DNA of 64,000 nucleotides from Selaginella moellendorffii (Eukaryota; Plantae; Lycopodiophyta): NCBI RefSeq assembly GCF_000143415.4, contig NW_003314425.1, positions 124,001 to 188,000 of the forward strand, read 5' to 3'. Shown piece by piece: positions 61,933 to 64,000 of this stretch (position 1 is its first letter; each line of letters starts with the position of its first letter). The notes under the pieces were generated by a model. It saw only the letters and a program-made list of their open reading frames with translations, ran no database searches and was not told where the DNA came from. The position numbers and the translations under genes were made by a program.

Positions 61933-62106
61933 TGTGAGGGCCAAGTGTACGGCTACAATGCCGTATACTAATATTAGCATAGTGGATTTTGGTAGTCGTC
62001 GGATTGGTTTCAATCTGAACCACTCGCTCCTGTATATAAACTAGGGTTTTTGGGCTAATTGATATGCACATTTCTGTATTCCCTTTCCATATTCCATGCA
62101 CTCACA
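61933..62106 (+). repeat. 3' LTR
   Basis: Direct repeat of 56612-56785, preceded by a polypurine tract. Confidence 0.95.
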
Positions 62107-62529
62107 CTTTTAAATAATTCTGTGAACTAAGGAAAATAAAAAAACGAGCTGCCACATGGCCGATGCTGCTGCCGGGTGAGCAAGGCCAGGAGAAGACAGA
62201 AGAATCCCTCCTAGCGTTTGGTGGATGGAGCTGCCCTAGCCATACTATGGATCATCCAGTGGTGGAGAACTCACTGCTGTGGAGCGATCTTCAGGTTCAG
62301 CTTTTTGAGCCAGCCCAATCGAAGGAGCAATTGAGAAAGCAAAGCCACCAGAATATTTCAAATATTCTTGCCTCTAAACCTTCGATAGTTATTTAGATAT
62401 TAATAATGCAAATATAATTTTTATTATAAGTATATTCTTAAATATTAAAGAATATATATGAATATTCTTCTGAGCCAGAAAATTCATAGTAATTTTGAAA
62501 TATCTAAATGATTCATCATAATGTTTGAA

Positions 62530-62700
62530 CATAAGTCGTGCCATCTTTTGTTCTCTCCTCTAGAACAAGTGGCCTTTTCTCCAGATGCCATTCTCGTTGG
62601 AATCAAATATGCACTGCCCAAGGACATGGAGATTTGCTATCGCTGGAAATATTTTGCAACTCCAAAATCACTTGTAAGTATGCCACTCCTCATGCTTATA
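62530..62700 (+). pseudogene. Decayed MAG 3' fragment (unit 5)
   Basis: SPDAILVGIKYALPKD matches SPDAILVGPRVGIEYALPKD of the intact gene, with deletions. Confidence 0.8.
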
Positions 62701-62864
62701 AATCAATAATCTTGCTTTTAAAACCTTGCCTTCTAGCAGGTAAAAACAAGTTTTAACATGGTTTGATAAGCCTTGAAATTTCAGCCACTTTCAATAGGCG
62801 ACAATTCAAGGCAAGCTTTAAACTCTCCTTTTGATGGATCACACAAACAATGTAAGGTGTAAGT

Positions 62865-63769
62865 ATGAGATCGTTTCTTCTAATAGCTCTTATTCTAATC
62901 TCTCACCTGGATTCGTGCTATGCACCACCGCATGGGACTTTTAGAGCAAGACTCGCTCATGGTATGCTCTCCGTTGAACAAGTGAGAAGAGTGGTAGAAA
63001 GGATCGAAGGCTACGTGGAAAATATACGTGATAACGTTCCATTTCAGGCTGGAAGAACGATTGAGCTTGTCGTGAGGTTTGCTAGGAATACGTTTGTGCA
63101 CGTCAATTTACTACTGTTTAATAGAGTGTATGACGATGACGGCGCAGGTGTTTGTACCATGCGTCCAGCGCTCCAAACTCTGTTGGGCCAAGACCTACGG
63201 CAGAGTATACTAGATATGTGTGAAAGCATACGGGAAGAGTTACTGGATAGAGATCGTTGGTACGGTCTCATTAATATTGTTCTTGAATATTTTGGAATTC
63301 ATTATTTTGTGGAAGATTGTTCTCCAACTTCTCCTCACTTAAATCGCCTGATGATCACAAGTATGCAGAGCTTCTTGGGGTTGACAGCGATATAAAACAT
63401 TGTTGGGTCTATATTACATCCCTGCTCAGTGGCTTTAAAAACACTCTTGGCTCGTATTTGCTGGGTGGAAACAGCTTAATCTCGGTTGATAGTTCTTATA
63501 GGTTGACAATGCAAAAAAATTGCAATCTCGTACTACAGAGTCCCAAGGGAATAATCACATGGAGCTCGGGAACACAGGGAAAAGATTCGGGTTGCTGCTT
63601 AACCCTGCTAGTTGATGGCAAATTGGTGATTGTTGGATCTAGAGGGGAGGTGTGGTCCAGCAAAAAGAGCTCCATCCGAAACAAGTTTTATGCTCTTGTG
63701 ATTGAGAATCTTGGTTACTTGGCCATTTACAGAACAGACACTGCCACACTTATTTGGAGATCTTTTTAG
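62865..63769 (+). pseudogene. Secreted unknown-domain + B-lectin fusion split by one frameshift near 63300-63320 (pseudogene or sequence error)
   Basis: ORF 62865 gives a signal peptide and N-domain; ORF 63317 gives the linker and B-lectin. Together they are collinear with the single ORF at 13606. Confidence 0.75.
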
Positions 63770-63819
63770 GGTGATTAGGGTGATAGATTGATGATACATT
63801 CTCGCCTCTGAGAGATTTT

Positions 63820-63825
<6 letters not shown>

Positions 63826-63883
<58 letters not shown>
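63826..63883. repeat. Compound (GT)n(GA)n microsatellite
   Basis: Directly visible. Confidence 0.95.
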
Positions 63884-63885
<2 letters not shown>

Positions 63886-64000
63886 TGAGTCGCTCAGAGT
63901 GTGGAGCGACTCTGGAATGGAGCGACTCTGAGTCTGAGCTTGGCAGCCCGAGAAGCCCGGGGTGCCGAGCTTGGGTGTCCCGAATGATAAATAAAAATAA

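Larger units (their letters stand above)
56612..62106 (+). mobile_element. Full-length but inactivated Ty3/gypsy LTR retrotransposon (no chromodomain seen)
   Basis: 174-bp LTRs TGTGAG...CTCACA at 56612-56785 and 61933-62106; PBS 56787-56804; PPT ~61918-61932; CTTT on both flanks. Domain order: gag Zn knuckle (CWACDEVGHTYRRC), protease (VDTGSS), RT (FIDD), RNase H (VDASD), integrase (HHCC, SDNG). Several in-frame stops. Confidence 0.96.

Overview
Gene-dense plant nuclear DNA with very short (about 45-65 nt) GT-AG introns and several intronless PLS-type PPR genes. This profile suggests a lycophyte such as Selaginella (inference only). The ordinary content is two rhamnogalacturonan lyases, a PAXX-like gene, a G-type lectin receptor kinase, three PPRs, tRNA-Ala(CGC), a SPOROCYTELESS/SPEAR-like EAR repressor, VPS3, a METTL13/EEF1AKMT4-like methyltransferase, a CIN-type TCP, ERCC1, a GH28 polygalacturonase, an RDR-gamma RNA polymerase and a 3-methyladenine glycosylase (MAG). 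Two accessory regions stand out. (1) At 9.3-16.3 kb, a Crinkler-like nuclease-kinase gene and its decayed duplicates lie next to an AT-rich island encoding a secreted unknown-domain + bulb-lectin fusion. (2) At 43.7-63.8 kb, a tandemly amplified cassette [KP4 killer-toxin-like gene (-) / MAG (+) / unknown-domain-lectin fusion (+)] occurs in about five units, and different units retain different intact members. It includes three nearly identical secreted KP4-like genes and is interrupted by a full-length Ty3/gypsy element whose PBS exactly matches the tRNA-Ala gene in this window. Exon boundaries were read by eye and no database search was run.
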